Shown one piece after another: positions 1 through 8,766 of a DNA stretch of 25,677 nt. The DNA comes from Thermofilaceae archaeon. GTDB lineage: Archaea > Thermoproteota > Thermoprotei > Thermofilales > Thermofilaceae. Under the pieces are notes generated by a model that was not told where the DNA came from, searched no databases, and was given only the letters and a program-made list of their open reading frames with translations. The translations under genes were made by a program, and so were the position numbers. Location: the NCBI GenBank assembly GCA_038727095.1, contig JAVYWK010000026.1:1-25677 (forward strand), in the 5' to 3' direction. Numbering within the stretch: the stretch's first letter is position 1; every line of letters begins with the position of its first letter.

Positions 1-24
1 TTAAGTCTGGCTCTCCTCTCGAGC

Positions 25-570
25 ATGATGCTTCAGGAGATCTGCTTCTACGCCCGGGGAGGGCAAGGCGCCGTCGTAGCGGCGCGCCTGCTAGTCCACG
101 CGGCGGCAGCAGAGGGCTTGCACGGACAGGCTGTTCCGCTCTTCGGTGGGGAGAGGAGGGGGGCGCCGGTCTACTCCTTCGCCAGGATCTCCGATAAACC
201 CGTCCGGTTAAGGAGCCAAATTAGCGAGCCGGACATCCTAGTCGTCCTCGATAGGGCGCTCCTCAGGTCGATCCCGTTCAAGGTCAAGGGCGATGGTATG
301 CTCCTCGCGAACGCGCCCTCAAGGCCCGAGGTCCCCGTTAAACGCGTCTACTGGGTGGATGCAACCGCGATTGCGAAGGGATTGGGGCTGGTAGTGGCCG
401 GCTGGCCCGTCGTTAACACGGCCATGCTGGGGGCCTTGACCAGGGTGTGGCCTCTAATCTCCCTGGAATCGGTGAGGGGGGCCATAATGAGCACGTGGGG
501 CGGGAGGCTCGGCGAGCTCAACGCTGAGGCGGCAGGGAAAGCGCACGAGGAGGTGAAGGGGGTTGGCTAG
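25..570 (+). CDS. porG: 2-oxoacid (pyruvate/ketoisovalerate):ferredoxin oxidoreductase gamma subunit
   Basis: RGGQGAV, FGGERRGAPV and VNTAMLGA motifs; first of four adjacent subunit genes; TTAA at 1-4, 20 nt before the ATG (start could be 28). Confidence 0.92.
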   Translation: MMLQEICFYARGGQGAVVAARLLVHAAAAEGLHGQAVPLFGGERRGAPVYSFARISDKPVRLRSQISEPDILVVLDRALLRSIPFKVKGDGMLLANAPSRPEVPVKRVYWVDATAIAKGLGLVVAGWPVVNTAMLGALTRVWPLISLESVRGAIMSTWGGRLGELNAEAAGKAHEEVKGVG

Positions 571-823
571 CCTACCTCTGACTCCGATGGCTTCGCCCGT
601 GAAGGGCTCAGCCGGCCCCACGGGCTCGTGGAGGACGGAGCGGCCGGTGCTGGACCAGGGTCGGTGCGTCAAGTGCCTGCTCTGCTGGCTCTACTGCCCC
701 GAAGCGGCCGTGGTGAGGGGCGAGGACGACAGCATCGCCATCGACTACGACTACTGCAAGGGTTGCGGCATTTGCGCTCGCGAGTGCCCCACCAAGGCCA
801 TCACGATGGTGGAGGAGGGGTGA
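563..823 (+). CDS. porD: 2-oxoacid:ferredoxin oxidoreductase delta subunit (2x[4Fe-4S])
   Basis: TGSWRT..P plus two CxxCxxCxxxCP motifs (CVKCLLCWLYCP, CKGCGICARECP); TTG start after GGAGGTGA SD at 549-556. Confidence 0.93.
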   Translation: MASLPLTPMASPVKGSAGPTGSWRTERPVLDQGRCVKCLLCWLYCPEAAVVRGEDDSIAIDYDYCKGCGICARECPTKAITMVEEG

Positions 824-827
824 GATT

Positions 828-2006
828 GTGCCGCGCATAGTGGTCTCAGGCAACGAGGCTGTCGCTTTCGCCGTTAAGCTGGTCAGGGTGCAGGTGGTCG
901 CAGCGTACCCGATCACGCCTCAGACGACTATTGTTGAAAAGATAGCCGAGTTCGTCGAGAAGGGGGAGCTGAAAGCCCGGTTCATCAACGTTGAGTCCGA
1001 GCACAGCGCGATGGCCGCCTGCATTGGCGCAGCTGCGGGGGGCGCTAGAACGTTCACGGCCACCTCGTCGCAGGGCCTGCTCTACATGGGTGAAATGGTG
1101 TTCTGGGCGGGCGGCGCGCGCCTACCGATAGTGATGGCCGTTGTGAACCGCTCGATCGCCCCTCCATGGAGCATCTGGTGCGACCACAACGACGCCTTCG
1201 CCGTGAGGGACGCGGGCTGGATACAGTTCTGGGCCGAGAACGCGCAGGAAGCGATGGACATGGTGATACAAGCTTACCGGGTGGCCGAGAACGAGGGGGT
1301 GCTGCTCCCCGCCATGGTGAACCTCGACGGCTTCTACCTGTCCCACGCGTACGAGCCGGTGGAAGTGCCCGAGCAGCAGACCGTCGACCGATTCCTACCC
1401 GAGAAGACGCCCGCACCCTACTGGATCGATGTGGACAAGCCGATGTCATACGGGACGATCGCCAACCCCGACTACTACATGGAGTTCCGCTGGAAGATGC
1501 AAAGAGCGATGGACAAGGCTGCCCGAGTAATCAGGGAGGTCGACGAGGAGTGGGGGAGGCTAACGGGGAGAAACTGGGGCGGTCTTCTCGAAGCCTACCG
1601 GTGCGACGACGCCGATGTGGGTATAGTCCTCATCGGCTCGTGGGCCGGCGACGCGAAGGAGGCCGTCGATAGGCTGAGGAGCAGGGGGGTTCGAGCGGGC
1701 GTCGTAAGGCTCCGAGTGACAAGGCCCTTCCCTGCCCGCGAGCTGAGAGAGACGGTCGAGGGAATGAGCGCTGTAGCCGTCGTCGACCGCAGCCTGTCGC
1801 CCGGCCTGCCGAGCGTCCTCTCGGCTGAGGTGAAATCCGCGCTCTTCAACGCGAAGCGGAGGCCGGTTGTCAGAAGCTTCATAGCGGGGTTGGGCGGTCG
1901 AGACGTTTCCCCCAAGGACTTCGAGCGGATCGCCGAATCCTCGCTCAAGGAGGAGGAGCCGGCGGAAGTGGCCTGGATCGGCTTGAGGGGGGTGACGCCA
2001 TGGTAA
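828..2006 (+). CDS. porA: 2-oxoacid:ferredoxin oxidoreductase alpha subunit
   Basis: GNEAVA, AAYPITP, ESEHSA, TATSSQG and GLGGRD motifs; GGGGTGA SD before the GTG. POR versus VOR specificity is not resolvable here. Confidence 0.93.
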   Translation: MPRIVVSGNEAVAFAVKLVRVQVVAAYPITPQTTIVEKIAEFVEKGELKARFINVESEHSAMAACIGAAAGGARTFTATSSQGLLYMGEMVFWAGGARLPIVMAVVNRSIAPPWSIWCDHNDAFAVRDAGWIQFWAENAQEAMDMVIQAYRVAENEGVLLPAMVNLDGFYLSHAYEPVEVPEQQTVDRFLPEKTPAPYWIDVDKPMSYGTIANPDYYMEFRWKMQRAMDKAARVIREVDEEWGRLTGRNWGGLLEAYRCDDADVGIVLIGSWAGDAKEAVDRLRSRGVRAGVVRLRVTRPFPARELRETVEGMSAVAVVDRSLSPGLPSVLSAEVKSALFNAKRRPVVRSFIAGLGGRDVSPKDFERIAESSLKEEEPAEVAWIGLRGVTPW

Positions 2007-2917
2007 CGGTAAAGCAGCTACCGAGGGAGGAGTACTGGCTGCCCGGTCACGCCGCTTGCCCCGGCTGCCCCGCCTCGCTGGGGCTGAGGATGCTGGGCAA
2101 AGCGCTCGAGGGGCGCTTCGTCCTCGTCGTACCCGCGGGCTGCACGACAGTGATCCAGGGCATGTACCCTAAGACACCCTCTCGCGTGCCCCTGCTCAAC
2201 ATCGCGTTCGCCGCTAGCGCCGCAGCGGCCACCGGGCTGAAGGCGGCGCTGGAGTTGAGAGGGATTGACGTGCCGGTCGTAGTGTGGGCCGGCGACGGTG
2301 GGACGGTGGACATCGGTCTTCAGGCGTTGAGCGGGGCGGCCGAGAGAAACGAGGACATACTCTACATCTGCTACGACAACGAGGCCTACCAGAACACGGG
2401 CATTCAGAGGAGCGGGGCTACGCCGCCCGGCGCTTGGACCACCACGACGCCCCTGGGTAAGCGCGAGCGGAGGAAGGTTGCCCCACTGATCGTGGCAGCC
2501 CACAGGGTGCCCTACGTGGCTACAGCTTCCATCGCCTACCCGCTCGATTTCGTGGAGAAGGTTCGCAAGGCGGTCTCAAAGAGGGGCTTCAAGTACATCC
2601 ACTTGCACGCTCCCTGCCCCACCGGCTGGCGCTTCCCGCCCAGCGAGACCGTCGAGATCGGAAGGCTTGCGGTCGAGACGGGGGCGTGGGTGCTCTACGA
2701 GATCGAGGACGGCGTGCTGAGGTTGACCGGGAGGAGCGCGTCCCTGCTCGACCCGGCGCGGAGGAAGCCGCTCGAGGAGTACTTGAAGAGACAGGGGAGG
2801 TTCGCACACCTCCTCCGCCCCGAGAACGAGCAGCTGCTGGAGCTCCTCAAAATGGACGTGCAAGAGAATTGGGAGTCTATCAGAAGCGCCCTGGAGAGGG
2901 GTGGGAGAATCTTCTAA
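2000..2917 (+). CDS. porB: 2-oxoacid:ferredoxin oxidoreductase beta subunit (TPP-binding)
   Basis: ACPGC, GDGG...YDNEAY TPP motif, PCPTGW; GGGGTGA SD before the ATG. Confidence 0.93.
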   Translation: MVTVKQLPREEYWLPGHAACPGCPASLGLRMLGKALEGRFVLVVPAGCTTVIQGMYPKTPSRVPLLNIAFAASAAAATGLKAALELRGIDVPVVVWAGDGGTVDIGLQALSGAAERNEDILYICYDNEAYQNTGIQRSGATPPGAWTTTTPLGKRERRKVAPLIVAAHRVPYVATASIAYPLDFVEKVRKAVSKRGFKYIHLHAPCPTGWRFPPSETVEIGRLAVETGAWVLYEIEDGVLRLTGRSASLLDPARRKPLEEYLKRQGRFAHLLRPENEQLLELLKMDVQENWESIRSALERGGRIF

Positions 2918-4143
2918 GCCGTAACTGCCATCGCGCTCCTCGCGGGGGCGTGCTCGGCGATCATTTTCGCCAGCCTGGCGACGCCCTCCCGCATCTTGTC
3001 GAGCGGCGGGTAGGAGAAGCTCAGCCTGGCCGTGTTCCTGCCGCCCCCATCAACGTGGAAGCCGCTGCCGGGCACGTAGGCAACCTTGTAGACGTTCAAA
3101 GCGATGGGCAGTAGGGCGTCCATGTCGATGTGGGGTGGAACTTCGATCCAGACGAACATGCCCCCGCACGGTCGCGTCCACCTTACAAGTCGTGGCATGT
3201 AGTCATCCAGAGCCTTCAGCATGGCATCCCTCCTCAAGCCGTAGATCTCCTTGAGCTTGGGCAGCTGCCTCTCCACAAGCCCTCTTCGCAGGGCTTCGTA
3301 CAGCACGTGCATGCTGAGCGTCGGTGACTGCAGAGTGCCACCCTGCTTGGCTACCGCCAGCTTATCCACGAACTCCTCCTCGGCAACGATCCAGCCCAGC
3401 CTGAGGCCGGGAGCGAGCACCTTACTGATCGTTGACACGTAAATCACGCGCCCGCTCCGATCGAGAGACTTCATCGAGGGCGGCTCCACGCCGTCAAGGT
3501 AGAAGTAGCTGTAAGGGTCGTCCTCAACGATCAGGAAGTCGTAGTCCTCAGCCAGCTCGAGCAGGGCCTTCCTCCTCTCCACGCTCAAGCACCTCCCCGT
3601 TGGGTTCTGGCAGGTTGGCACGAGGTAGCAGAGCTTCACGCGCTCACCGCGGCTCTTCAGCTCCCTCAACCACTGTTGGAGCCTCTCGACCATCAACCCT
3701 TCCTCGTCCATCTCCACGCCCACGAAGCGCGGCTCGTAGACCGCAAACGCCTGCAGAGCCCCCAGGTACGTCGGATTCTCGGAGACCACCACGTCTCCGG
3801 GGTCTACGAACACCCGGCCGATCAGCTCGAGCGCCTCCTGGCTCCCCGCAGTGATCATCACGTTCTCTGCCCTCGCCCGGATGCCGCGCTTCACCATGAA
3901 AGCAGCCAGCTCGCGGCGAAGCTCCTCAATGCCCTCCGTGGGAGCATACTGGAGCGCGCTGGAGCCCCTCGCGTCGATGACCTCGCAGATGATCTGCTTG
4001 AGCTCCTCGAGGGGGAAGCTGGCCGGATCCGGGATTCCACCCCCGAGCGATATGACGTCTCGGCCGATCCACTTGAGCAGCTCCCTGACTTGCGAGGCTC
4101 GCATCAGCGATGCCCTCCTCGAGAGGTAACGATCGGCTTTCAC
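2914..4143 (-). CDS. PLP-dependent class I/II aminotransferase (aromatic / 2-aminoadipate type)
   Basis: ISLGGGIP, QNPTG, EDDPY and STISKVLAPGLRLGW (PLP lysine). Start placed at GTG 4143 (GAGGG SD); TTG 4170 is an alternative. Overlaps the porB stop by 4 nt. Confidence 0.9.
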   Translation of the reverse strand: MKADRYLSRRASLMRASQVRELLKWIGRDVISLGGGIPDPASFPLEELKQIICEVIDARGSSALQYAPTEGIEELRRELAAFMVKRGIRARAENVMITAGSQEALELIGRVFVDPGDVVVSENPTYLGALQAFAVYEPRFVGVEMDEEGLMVERLQQWLRELKSRGERVKLCYLVPTCQNPTGRCLSVERRKALLELAEDYDFLIVEDDPYSYFYLDGVEPPSMKSLDRSGRVIYVSTISKVLAPGLRLGWIVAEEEFVDKLAVAKQGGTLQSPTLSMHVLYEALRRGLVERQLPKLKEIYGLRRDAMLKALDDYMPRLVRWTRPCGGMFVWIEVPPHIDMDALLPIALNVYKVAYVPGSGFHVDGGGRNTARLSFSYPPLDKMREGVARLAKMIAEHAPARSAMAVTA

Positions 4144-4174
4144 CGATTCCCTCTTTAAGGGCGCTCGCAAACTC

Positions 4175-4202
4175 TATAAGGATTACTCCTAGTAATTTTT
4201 AA
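4175..4202 (-). promoter_or_regulatory. Aminotransferase promoter region with inverted repeat ATTACT-N3-AGTAAT
   Basis: Two TATA-like elements on the minus strand (TTAAAAA 4202-4196, CTTATA 4180-4175) flank a perfect 6-bp inverted repeat at 4182-4196. Confidence 0.5.
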
Positions 4203-4223
4203 CTTCCCAAAGCCCGTTCTGCT

Positions 4224-4281
4224 AAAAACTTGAGCGGAGCACGGGGCTCGCGCTGAACCAAGGGAGGGGGAGCGCGAAGCC
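4224..4281 (-). terminator. Putative feoB terminator (hairpin plus T tract)
   Basis: Inverted repeat TCGCGCT (4248-4254) / AGCGCGA (4271-4277), extended by GGC/GCC, just after the feoB stop and followed by T5 (4228-4224) on the minus strand. Confidence 0.4.
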
Positions 4282-4283
4282 TT

Positions 4284-6431
4284 TTAGAGAAAACGGGTTA
4301 GACTGTAAATGGCTGAGCTCAGCAGGAGGGCGGAGGCGATGGACCAGGCTGTAGCACCCAGCGCGAACTTAGCGCTCCCCGTCTCCCTGTACACTGCAGT
4401 CGCTGTGGCGATGCAGGGCATGTAGGCCGCAAAGAAGACCATCAGAGAGAGAGCCTGCGCTCTGCTGAGCTGGAGGGACGCGAGAGCCTCGAGGGGATCG
4501 CGGGCGCCCACGTACACAGCCACAGCGAGCACTGCCGTCTCCTTGGCTACCAAGCCGGCCAGCGCCGCAAAAGCCAGCACCTCCGCCCTAGGTCCTGCGA
4601 GGCCGAAGGGAGCCATGAGGGGCGCTAGGGCTCTGCCCGTAGCTGCAGCGAAGCTCTGCTCGACGGTCTCGACGGGGCCCGAGGGGCCGAAGCGCGTCGA
4701 GAGCCAGAGGAGGATCGTTAAGCCGAAGATGATGATGCCCGCTCTCTTCAAGTAGTGCACGGTATACTCCCAGCTGATCCACCACAGGACCCTCGGCGCC
4801 GGCAGATGGATGGGCGGCAGCTCGATGAGGAGCACGGGGGGCTCCCTGGCCCCGGCTAGCCTCCTGAGAGCCCTTGAGGTGATCGCGAAGAGCGCCAGCT
4901 CTGTAGCGTAGACGAGCGCGAGAGCGCCCGCGGCCGGCAGCGGCGCTCCGGCGAAGTAGGCTGAGGCGAAGGCGAGGAGCACGACGAGGCGGGCCTGGCA
5001 GGGTATGAAGGGGACAGCCGCGTACAGCTGCCTCCTCTCCGCCTCCTCAGGGACTGCGCGAACCGACATGACGGCTGGAACGTTGCAGCCCAGCCCGATC
5101 AGCATCGGGTACACCGCGCGCCCCGAAACCCCCAGCTTCTGCAACACCCGGTGCAGCGACGCGGCGGCGTAGGGGCCCACTCCGCTGTCCTCCAGGAATG
5201 ATAGGGCCAGCAGCGCTGTGAAGATCAGGGGGAGGAAGGAGGCTACCAGCGCGAGCGCTGGGATGACCCCCTCCGTCGCAACCAGGGCTATGGGTTCAGG
5301 CAGGCCCTGCGAGCCCACCCAGGCGGCCAGCGACTCGAAGAGGCTGGAGATCGCACCCGCCAGGGTGTACCTCTCGAGCGCTTCAGCAGCCCAGGTTAAA
5401 CCGAGAACCTCGAACACGACGTTCAGGGGGAAGCCGGTGTTTAGCGTGAAGACCAGGAGGTACAGGGAGAAAAGAAGTAGTGCGGACAGTATCGGACCGA
5501 GCAGGGGGGAGAGGAGGACGCTCTCCAGCAACCCCCTTCCCTCCGCCACCGCGAGCCTCACGACAGCCTTCCTGCTGAGGGTATCGACGAATCGGTAGCG
5601 GGCGGAGACCAGCACCTCCTCCACATCCCAACCGCGCGCCCGGGCGGCGACCCTCAGCTCCTCGGCGCGCTCCAGCGCGCGAGCAGCGCCCACTCTCCTC
5701 ACCAACTCCGCCACGTGGGCATCGCCCTCGAGGAGCTTCACAGCGATCCAGCGGGGCGGCGCCCTGAGGTTGAGCCCAACCCCCTCCAGCAACCTTTCGA
5801 GCTCGACTATCGAGCTCTCCAGCGGCCCGTAGTCGAGCTTGAGGGGCTTATCCGGCCCCCCTTCAGCCACCCTGAGGACCTCCCTCACTAGCCTGTCCAG
5901 CCCTTCACCGGTGACCGCGGAGACCGGTACCACCGGTACGCCCAGGGCGCGCTCAAGCTCGTCCACGTGGATGTGGACTCCCTTCGCGTGTGCGGCATCC
6001 CACTTCGTTAAAGCTACCACAGCCCGACCCGTTATCTCGAGCACGTGGAGCGCCAGGTAGAGCGTCTTCTCGGGGGCGAGAGAGTCGACGAGGACGACGA
6101 CGGCGTCCCAATCGCCCTCCAGGAGGTAGTCCCTCGTAACCCTCTCCTCGACGCTGACGCCGGAGAGCGAGTAGACGCCTGGGGTGTCAACCAGGATCAG
6201 AGTGCGACCCTCAGCATGCAGCAAACCCTCCTTCCTCTCCACGGTCGTACCAGGCCAGTTCGCTATGTGCGCTATCTGCTTCGTCAAGCGCGTGAAGAGC
6301 GTCGACTTCCCAACGTTGGGGCTCCCCACGATCGCCACCTTCACGCCCGCCCTCCAGCTGCTCTCCTTGTGCAAAAGCCCGCGGCGGGCCGGGGCAAGTA
6401 ACCGCCTAACCCGATGGGGGATGGTCGGCAT
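4284..6431 (-). CDS. feoB: Ferrous iron transport protein B
   Basis: G1 GSPNVGKS, G2 NWPGTTVE, G3 DTPG, G5 VSAVTG; membrane domain with GLGCNVPA, FIPCQARL and YMPCIAT. ATG 6431 has a GGAGGTG SD; GTG 6344 (GGAGG SD) is an alternative. Confidence 0.95.
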   Translation of the reverse strand: MPTIPHRVRRLLAPARRGLLHKESSWRAGVKVAIVGSPNVGKSTLFTRLTKQIAHIANWPGTTVERKEGLLHAEGRTLILVDTPGVYSLSGVSVEERVTRDYLLEGDWDAVVVLVDSLAPEKTLYLALHVLEITGRAVVALTKWDAAHAKGVHIHVDELERALGVPVVPVSAVTGEGLDRLVREVLRVAEGGPDKPLKLDYGPLESSIVELERLLEGVGLNLRAPPRWIAVKLLEGDAHVAELVRRVGAARALERAEELRVAARARGWDVEEVLVSARYRFVDTLSRKAVVRLAVAEGRGLLESVLLSPLLGPILSALLLFSLYLLVFTLNTGFPLNVVFEVLGLTWAAEALERYTLAGAISSLFESLAAWVGSQGLPEPIALVATEGVIPALALVASFLPLIFTALLALSFLEDSGVGPYAAASLHRVLQKLGVSGRAVYPMLIGLGCNVPAVMSVRAVPEEAERRQLYAAVPFIPCQARLVVLLAFASAYFAGAPLPAAGALALVYATELALFAITSRALRRLAGAREPPVLLIELPPIHLPAPRVLWWISWEYTVHYLKRAGIIIFGLTILLWLSTRFGPSGPVETVEQSFAAATGRALAPLMAPFGLAGPRAEVLAFAALAGLVAKETAVLAVAVYVGARDPLEALASLQLSRAQALSLMVFFAAYMPCIATATAVYRETGSAKFALGATAWSIASALLLSSAIYSLTRFL

Positions 6432-6657
6432 TGTTAACCACCTCCACGATTATCCTCCGCGCCAACCCACGGCCGACCGCGACCGTGGAGCCGCGGAACC
6501 TCACGACCACGCGGCCCCACCCGCTGCTCAGTACCTCAACCTCGGTGCCGGGGACGAGGCCCATCTCGAGCAGCCTCCTCCTCAGCCCGTGCCCACCCCC
6601 GGCTATCCCCCTTACTACCGCTCTACCCCCCTCCGGTACGTCGAGAAGCGTCGCCAC
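6406..6657 (-). CDS. feoA: Ferrous iron transport protein A
   Basis: RRRLLEMGLVPGTEVEV...VAVGRGLARRIIVE FeoA signature; directly upstream of feoB. Start GTG 6657 or GTG 6666 (overlapping the upstream stop), not 6861. Confidence 0.9.
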   Translation of the reverse strand: MATLLDVPEGGRAVVRGIAGGGHGLRRRLLEMGLVPGTEVEVLSSGWGRVVVRFRGSTVAVGRGLARRIIVEVVNNADHPPSG

Positions 6658-6662
6658 GCTGG

Positions 6663-7298
6663 TCACACCCTCCGGACGAAGATGAAGCTCGTAACGCTCA
6701 ACGGTAGGTCGTACCTGGCGCCGCCGTACCGCACCACCACGCTGCGGCCGGAGAAGCCCTCCACCTCGATCCGGTCGTTGAGCCTCAAACCGACTGCGCA
6801 CGCCCACCGTAGAGAACCTCCGAGCTCGCCGATGCGGGCCACCCGGTAAACGCCTGAGCACGCCCTACTCAGCGGGAAGGCTTCGACGGAGGCGCGCCCT
6901 GGTACGGGATTGCCGTGGGGGCATAGGCTGGGCCTACCGAGCCTATCGTCCGCAAGCTCGGCGAAGCCCTCCACGTGCTCCAGCGAGTGGGCCAGCTCGT
7001 GGACACTGCAGGAGTCCACCAGCATCACGTCGGCCAGGAACCTTTCGATGATCCTGTGGTTCCTCACGACGCGCACGGCCCTCTCGAAGCCGAGCGGCGT
7101 CAGCTCGTACCTCAAGCCGCTCTTCTCAACCAAGCCCCTTGCGCTCAGCCTCGCCAACCCCTTCACGGCGGTAACGGGTCTGACACCGAGCTCGCGCGCC
7201 ACCATGCTCAACCGCGGCTCAACACCCAGCTCCTGAAGCCGGTACAGCAGCGCTAGGTAGTCCTCAGCTTCCACAGGCACGGCAAACCAGCGCCCCAT
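6663..7298 (-). CDS. DtxR/MntR-family metal-dependent regulator with C-terminal FeoA-like domain
   Basis: EDYL..LY start, winged helix, RNHRIIERFL, AHSLEH, CPHGNPVP; heads the feoAB operon. TATA spacing (TTAAAAA 7309-7303) favours a GTG start at 7280. Confidence 0.9.
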   Translation of the reverse strand: MGRWFAVPVEAEDYLALLYRLQELGVEPRLSMVARELGVRPVTAVKGLARLSARGLVEKSGLRYELTPLGFERAVRVVRNHRIIERFLADVMLVDSCSVHELAHSLEHVEGFAELADDRLGRPSLCPHGNPVPGRASVEAFPLSRACSGVYRVARIGELGGSLRWACAVGLRLNDRIEVEGFSGRSVVVRYGGARYDLPLSVTSFIFVRRV

Positions 7299-7333
7299 TC
7301 ACTTTTTAAGATTTCTATATGGTCAATTTTCAC

Positions 7334-8131
7334 TTAAAATGCGTAGACGAAGGCTTGGTGTAGAGGTTCGTCGGGGAGGTACACGGCCGCGCTGTAACCC
7401 CTCTCCTCGAGGAGGCTCGCGAGCTCGCCCGGCTCAGTTAAGGGCGGGTGAGCTTCAATGATCACGCGCCCCACGGCGCTGGGCTGCAGGCGCTTGGACC
7501 CCTCCACGACCTCCAGCTCAGCCCCCTCTATGTCCAGCTTCAGCAGATCGACGCGCCCAAGCTTGCTCAGCACAGCGTCGAGAGGGACTGCGCGCACCCT
7601 AACCCTCCTCAAAGGCCCCCCGTAGGCTTCAGCGTACTCCTTGTAGAGGGTGGCGTTGATCGGTGAGGGTGGTACGAGGAGCTCCGCGACGCCCCAGCGG
7701 TCCGCCAGGCAGGCGCCCAGCGTGCTCACGTTGCAAAGGCGGTTCGAAGCCACGTTCAACTTAAGGAGGTTGTACGCCTCGGGCTGAGGCTCGATCGCCA
7801 ACACGCGCCCCCTATGGCCTACGACTTTGGCCGCCCTGAGGGTGTAGAGCCCCACGTAGGCCCCGGCGTCAACAATGACCCAGTCACGCTTCGGCTCAAA
7901 ACCGGGGAACGCCTCGTAATCCCTGAAGTAGAATATGTGCAGCATGTTCCTGACCACCGAGTCGACGATGTCGGTGGTTGCGTAAACCGTCAGTCCCGCT
8001 GGCGCGGGGAGCCTGACGAGGCTCTTCGACCGTGCAGACCTCAAGCACAATGCCGCCCCTAAGCTCAGCGCGGCCTGAGGAAAGCGCCTCACCCCCACCG
8101 TTGCGAAGTACAGGGCTGCGTCAACGATCAT
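7334..8131 (-). CDS. FkbM-family SAM-dependent methyltransferase
   Basis: VDAGAYVGLY, AIEPQP and LLKLDIEGAE motifs. Start moved to ATG 8131, 22 nt after TTAAAAA (8160-8154). Confidence 0.88.
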   Translation of the reverse strand: MIVDAALYFATVGVRRFPQAALSLGAALCLRSARSKSLVRLPAPAGLTVYATTDIVDSVVRNMLHIFYFRDYEAFPGFEPKRDWVIVDAGAYVGLYTLRAAKVVGHRGRVLAIEPQPEAYNLLKLNVASNRLCNVSTLGACLADRWGVAELLVPPSPINATLYKEYAEAYGGPLRRVRVRAVPLDAVLSKLGRVDLLKLDIEGAELEVVEGSKRLQPSAVGRVIIEAHPPLTEPGELASLLEERGYSAAVYLPDEPLHQAFVYAF

Positions 8132-8153
8132 TCGATGCTTGATCGAGGATACC

Positions 8154-8160
8154 TTTTTAA
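8154..8160. promoter_or_regulatory. Single TATA tract serving two divergent leaderless genes
   Basis: TTTTTAA lies 20 nt from GTG 8181 (+) and 22 nt from ATG 8131 (-); it is the only AT tract in the 49-nt gap. Confidence 0.6.
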
Positions 8161-8180
8161 CTTCCACGGGCTGAGCCCGC

Positions 8181-8675
8181 GTGGAGCTAGATCCGTTTGA
8201 GGCTCTCGACTACCTACCCCAACCGCTCGTGATCGTCACAGCGGGAGACCCGGAGAGGGCTGGACGTAGGGGAGGCATGACGGCGGCTTGGGTTTCGCGA
8301 GTATCGTGGGACCCGCCCCTGCTAGCAGTCGCGATGGCCCCGGCCAGGTACACCCTGGAGCTCATCAAGGAGAGGGGGGAGTTCGTGGTGAACGTTATTG
8401 GCAAGAGCCTCGAGAAAGAGGCGTTCGGGGTTTTCGGCTCAGTTTCTGGAAGGACGACCGACAAGTTCGAGAGTAGCAAGGTTAAACTAGCCAAGGCCAA
8501 GTGCGTTACAGCTCCCGTGCTCGCCGACGCCATCGTGGCGCTAGAGTGCAAGCTGGAGAAGCTGGTGGAGGTTGGCGACCACATCCTCGCCGTGGGCCGC
8601 GTAGTCTGCGCCCAGAAGCTGAGGGACGAGAAACCTCTCGTCTTCTACCAGCTCGGCTCCATTGAGCTGAAGTAG
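8181..8675 (+). CDS. Flavin reductase-like FMN-binding protein (DIM6/NTAB family)
   Basis: PQPLVIVT, GMTAAWVSRVSWDPP, EFVVNV and LEC...GDH motifs. Confidence 0.9.
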   Translation: MELDPFEALDYLPQPLVIVTAGDPERAGRRGGMTAAWVSRVSWDPPLLAVAMAPARYTLELIKERGEFVVNVIGKSLEKEAFGVFGSVSGRTTDKFESSKVKLAKAKCVTAPVLADAIVALECKLEKLVEVGDHILAVGRVVCAQKLRDEKPLVFYQLGSIELK

Positions 8676-8679
8676 AGGG

Positions 8680-8746
8680 TTTAAGCTTAAATTGTTAAGG
8701 AATTTGTTATTCTATGCTCGATCTAAAGATGGGAAAGCTATTTAAG
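8680..8746 (+). promoter_or_regulatory. CoA-disulfide reductase promoter with upstream 12-bp palindrome
   Basis: BRE-like GAAAG plus TATTTAAG ending about 21 nt before ATG 8767; perfect palindrome TTTAAGCTTAAA at 8680-8691. Confidence 0.55.
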
Positions 8747-8766
8747 GCCACCGTAAAGGTAGCGGT

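Noticed and set aside
6344-6431. Possible feoA-feoB frameshift fusion
   Set aside because: feoB has its own SD-backed starts and feoA ends normally; a simple overlap explains the arrangement.
6667-6861. Upstream extension of feoA
   Set aside because: Lies inside the DtxR-family gene in another frame; FeoA similarity starts near 6657.
7299-7335. DtxR operator in the feo promoter
   Set aside because: AT-rich with a short TTCACTT direct repeat, but no convincing palindrome, so no site can be called.
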